Assembly: GCA_946545035.1 (NCBI GenBank) | Contig: CAMNND010000001.1 | Location: 1 to 32,808, forward strand | From: an uncultured Clostridium sp. | GTDB taxonomy: Bacteria > Bacillota > Clostridia > TANB77 > CAG-508 | Reading direction: 5' to 3' | Length of the DNA: 32,808 nucleotides | In this document: positions 29,001 to 32,808 of the stretch, one piece after another | Layout: every line of letters starts with the position of its first letter | Position numbering within the stretch: the stretch's first letter is position 1 | The notes under the pieces: generated by a model | Database searches by the model: none | What the model saw: the letters and a program-made list of their open reading frames with translations, nothing else | Told to the model about the DNA's origin: nothing | Position numbers and translations under genes: made by a program

Positions 29001-32000
29001 ACAAATTATTTGTTATTCCTGATCCAGTTTATGATGAAGATGGCATAATTTCTAATTATGAACAAATTAGTAAAGCTGTTGATGATGCTCATAATAAAAT
29101 GATCGATGAATATAATAAAGCAGCTAAAACTGGAAATGAAGAATTAACTAAACAAATTCAAAAAGATATAGATAGTTTAGATAAATATGGTGATGCAATT
29201 CGTAAAGATGCTCAAAGATTAGATAAAATTGTTGTAGAAACAGAAGAATTAAATAATACAATCCAAGAGCTACAAGATTCAATGCAAGATATTCGTATCG
29301 AAGCTTTTAAGAATTATGAAGAAGCCAGAGATGGATTGAAAGATATTAAAGAGTCTGCGGCTGAACTTAATACTATATTTAGAGACTTTGACCCTGATTC
29401 ATTTGTAAATAGTTTTTCAATTGATGATACTCCTTATGATGATTTAATTGAAACAATGAATAAATTAGATACTATTTACAATATAACTAAAGAAGATGCA
29501 GAAGATTTTTATGATAAGCTAATAAAACAAAAAGAAGCTGATTTAGCAAAAGCAGATGAATTAGAAGAACGTATGGCTATCCAACAATCGATAGAATTCT
29601 TTAATTCTCGTAAGAATAATTTATCTGCGGATAATTTAAATAATGGTTATTTAGGTGTCTTAAGTCAAGATTTAGCCACTCTACAAGAATGAATGAATAA
29701 TCCTACATCAAAAGACAATGTTTTTGGAACAGATATAGCGGCTTTAACTGATACATATAAAGAGACTTATGAAGCCTTAAAAGATGGTTTTGAGGAATAT
29801 CGTAAACTTATTCAAGATTATCGAGATGCAGCTTTAGATATTTATAATGAGGCAGAAGATGCAATCGATCGTCAAATGGATAAATATGATAGATTAGTTG
29901 AAAAAGTTGAACGTATGTCTGATACTTATGCATTATATTACGGAGAAGATAGTTATGCGGAGCTAGATAAATTCTATGCTCAACAGGGTGATATAATGCA
30001 AAATCAGTTAGATCAATTAACTACTGCATATGAATATTGAAATCAGCAATATCAGAGAGCATTAGCAACAGGAGATAAAAAGTTAATTCAAGAAATTGAA
30101 GATAAAATGAATGATGCTGAAGACGCAATGCTTGAAAAAGCCGAAGAATTGGCTGACCTTTGGGTAGAAAAATTTGAAAATGTTGTCAATGCTAATACTC
30201 AATCTATTTATGATAAATTATTTAACGGAAATGACTTTAATGATTTAACTGATAGCTGAGAACTTCAAAAAGATTACATGGAACGCTATAAAGATGAAGT
30301 TGAAAAAAGCTACGAGATAGATAAGCTTCGGTCTAAGTATCTTGATTTATTAAATGATGCTCAAGGCACATCTTTACAAACTCAAAATAAGATACGCCAA
30401 CAAATGCAAGAGCAATTAAAACAATTGCAAGATCAAGCCAGTGTTAGCGAATATGATGTCAAATTAGCTAACGCAAGACTAGAAATTCTTCAGAAACAAA
30501 TTGCATTAGAAGATGCTCAAAGAAATAAAAATCAAATGCAACTTCGTCGTGACTCTCAAGGTAATTATAGATATACTTATAGAGCCAATCAAGAAGATGT
30601 AAAGGCTGCTCAAGATGATTTATTAGATTCTGAATTTAATGCATATGAATTAACAAAAGATGAAACAATTTCTAACAATGACCGAGCTTTAAACATGGTG
30701 CAGGACTTCTTAAATAAGCGAGCCGATATATTTAATAAGTATAAAGATGATGACGAAGCTCGAACAAAAGCGTTAGAGCAGCTATCCGCAGATTATAGTA
30801 AACTTTTAGGTGGTATGGAAGAAGATTTCAAAGATACTACTAATGGTATGTACGATGTTCTTACATTTTTAGTTAAGAATGGAACAGAAGACAGCGCAAC
30901 AAGTGCGGCTAATATGCTTGATAATTTATTTGAGGATGAAAATAAATTTAAAGAAGATACTGAAGTTTTATGAGCTTCAATGACAAATAATATTACAGAT
31001 GCTTTAGGAAACTTTGAAGATGCTGTCGAAGAAGCTAATGGTGAAATGATTGCTCAGACAGAAGACTTAAAAGAAAAAATGGCAGGTAATAAAGGAGCTC
31101 TTACTACAATAGGATCTTCTGCGGATACTATGACAGATTCTTTAGACAAAGCTGCTGAGGCTACAAAGAGTTTAGCGACTGAAACACAAAATCTATACGA
31201 TCTTTTTGGTTCAGATGATGCAAAATTACAAGATGCTTTAAGTAGCATAGAGAAGTATAAACAGGAATTACAAGATACTCAAGATACAACTTCTAGTTTA
31301 GCTCAATCATTAAAGAAGGCTAATGCTACTCTTGATACAAAGACAGCAGAAGCTCAGAGCTATAAAACTGCTCTTGATTTTGCTACTGGTGCTAGACAGG
31401 TAAAAGAAGGCACTAAAGTAAAATTAAAGAAAGGCACCTTTGTACATTATGACAGATATGGCGGAGTACAACAAGATGCAGAAGGAAATACTGGTTGGAG
31501 ATTACCAGAAGATATGTGAGTAAAATTTGACGCTCCCGCAACAGAGCGTAATGCTAGATATAAATATGGTTTTTATGCAACAGGAGATAGCTTAACAAGT
31601 TTTGGAAAGAAACAGCCTGGGGATAATGAGAACGGGCGTCAAAATACTGATCAACGTCGACATCAAAAATGATGGTTTAATGAAGATGAATTACAGAGAA
31701 ATGTACTCGCAGCGATGGATACTGGAGGATATACTGGAGAGTGAGAAGACGAAACTCCATTATATAAAAATGGTAAATTAGCTTTATTACACCAAAAGGA
31801 ATTAGTATTAAATAGCTCCGATACTGAGAATATATTAGCTGCGGTTGAAATTGTAAGAACTATCGCCGCGGGTATAAACAATCAATTAGCTAGCCTTTCT
31901 CAAAATGCTGGAATTCGTAATTTTAATTCTTCTTTATCTTCTATTGGAAATGAAGTTCAACAAAGAGTTGAAATAAAAGCAGAATTTCCTAATGTACAAG

Positions 32001-32080
32001 ATTCTTATCAAATTGAGCAAGCTTTACTTGAACTTTCTGATCAGGCTTATCAATATGCTCATAGAAATATTAGGGGCTAA
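23096..32080 (+). CDS. Tail tape measure protein (2994 aa, TGA=Trp) with internal HINT domain
   Basis: All track fragments from 23096 to 31519 are in one frame. I read the gaps by hand and found about 24 TGA, 3 TGG and no TAA/TAG until 32078-32080. TP901-like core (IGNGLKTLYARF...LAGKYQVNRF), long coiled coils and C-terminal MDTGGYTGEW...LLHQKELVLN motif. Confidence 0.88.
28253..28672 (+). other. HINT (intein-like / BIL-type) autoprocessing domain within the TMP, 140 aa
   Basis: Block A CFVAGTLVST..G.KPIEQIQKGDMVLS, block B LRVTGIHRF (TxxH), WVYAADLKVG, blocks F/G VYNFEV.ANHNYYVG...ILAHN. The +1 residue is Lys. Confidence 0.88.
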
Positions 32081-32142
32081 AATAAATAACTAATCTTACT
32101 CGTTTTTTATTTTATTAAGAGTGAGACACACAAGGATTTTTT

Positions 32143-32176
32143 AACGGGAGAGTTGTCTTTAAACTCTCCCGTTTTT
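32143..32176 (+). terminator. Rho-independent terminator
   Basis: AACGGGAGAGTT-loop-AACTCTCCCGTT plus T run. Confidence 0.8.
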
Positions 32177-32204
32177 ATTTTATAGAAAAGGAGCGCTGTA
32201 TTAA

Positions 32205-32808
32205 ATGGTTAATAAAATGAATTTACAAGAAAGTATTTTAAAAGCTGTTAATACTATTGTAGAACAGCGCACTAATGAATTAAAAGTAGATAAAACTATT
32301 ACCGCTATTGTTGAAAAAAATATGGGTATTTTTAATGGAAAAACATTATATCGACTTAGATATGAGGGTGGGTTTCTTGAAGCTGTAGTTTTAAATCCAG
32401 AAGAAATTTATCTACCTAATACCTCTGTTTATGTATTAATTCCGCAAGGAGATTTTTCTAAACAAAAAGTTATTATTGGTCGAACCAATAATATCAATCT
32501 TGAGAAAGATTCTTCTATTATAAATAGTATAGAGAATCAATACTGTTTAGTTGGTAATAATTTATTATATAATGCAAAAAAAGATGATTCAGAAAAAATT
32601 TCTAATTTACAGTATGGAGTTTATTCTTATCACAATCCATTAGAAGAAAATGAAAATCCAGACACTATTTTACATAGATACAATCAAATTTGTAGTTACA
32701 ATTCAGATGGACAATATAATGAAGTTTATAATAGACGAGATTTAGATCAAACACAATGAATGATATATGATCAAAATTTAGCTTTTAATATTGAAAGCTT
32801 AAATATAT
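32205..32808 (+). CDS. Tail/baseplate-region protein, N-terminal part (runs off the window if TGA=Trp)
   Basis: SD AAAGGAG. The only interruption is TGA 32757, and the frame stays open to the window end. Confidence 0.65.

Noticed and set aside
8483-31881. Short minus-strand and off-frame ORFs overlapping structural genes (e.g. 9395, 13112, 15127, 25179, 26085, 28466, 28578, 31663)
   Set aside because: They are shadows of long code-4 genes, with biased compositions and no initiation signals.
6283-32808. Late genes as pseudogenes of a decayed prophage, or sequencing errors
   Set aside because: Every interruption is TGA, with no frameshifts or internal TAA/TAG. Catalytic motifs are intact and the TGAs fall at Trp positions.
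6283-32808. TAG recoding (code 15) or selenocysteine
   Set aside because: No internal TAG occurs in the reconstructed genes, and TAG ends genes at 16697 and 18788 where the next gene starts. The TGAs are too numerous and sit in Trp rather than Cys contexts.

Overview
This window is a fragment of a large, AT-rich tailed phage genome with a siphovirus-like morphogenesis module. Its SD sites and sigma-70 promoters are Gram-positive-style. It has two divergent arms. (1) Bases 1-5500, minus strand: small 'early/accessory' genes, most with their own sigma-70 promoter. These are interleaved with six copies (plus degenerate ones) of a composite palindrome YTCAYA-N8-CCGAAGNNCTTCGG-N8-TRTGAR. The arm also holds an iteron/DnaA-box-like repeat cluster (candidate origin) and a perfect chromosomal parS site. 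(2) Bases 6283-end, plus strand: regulator-like gene, terminase, portal, protease/scaffold, capsid, neck, tail tube, a 2994-aa tape measure protein and the start of a tail gene. The fragmented ORF track in this arm is an artefact of the genetic code. The fragments are all in frame and joined by TGA codons that fall at Trp positions, while the genes end in TAA/TAG, so TGA is read as Trp (code 4). TGA use is very uneven: there is no internal TGA in early genes or in high-copy virion proteins, but it is dense in the putative late regulator and in low-copy proteins. Reading through TGA reveals a 140-aa HINT (intein-like, BIL-type) domain between Gly-rich linkers inside the tape measure protein, which is invisible under the standard code. 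All calls come from manual reading of the sequence; no database searches were run.
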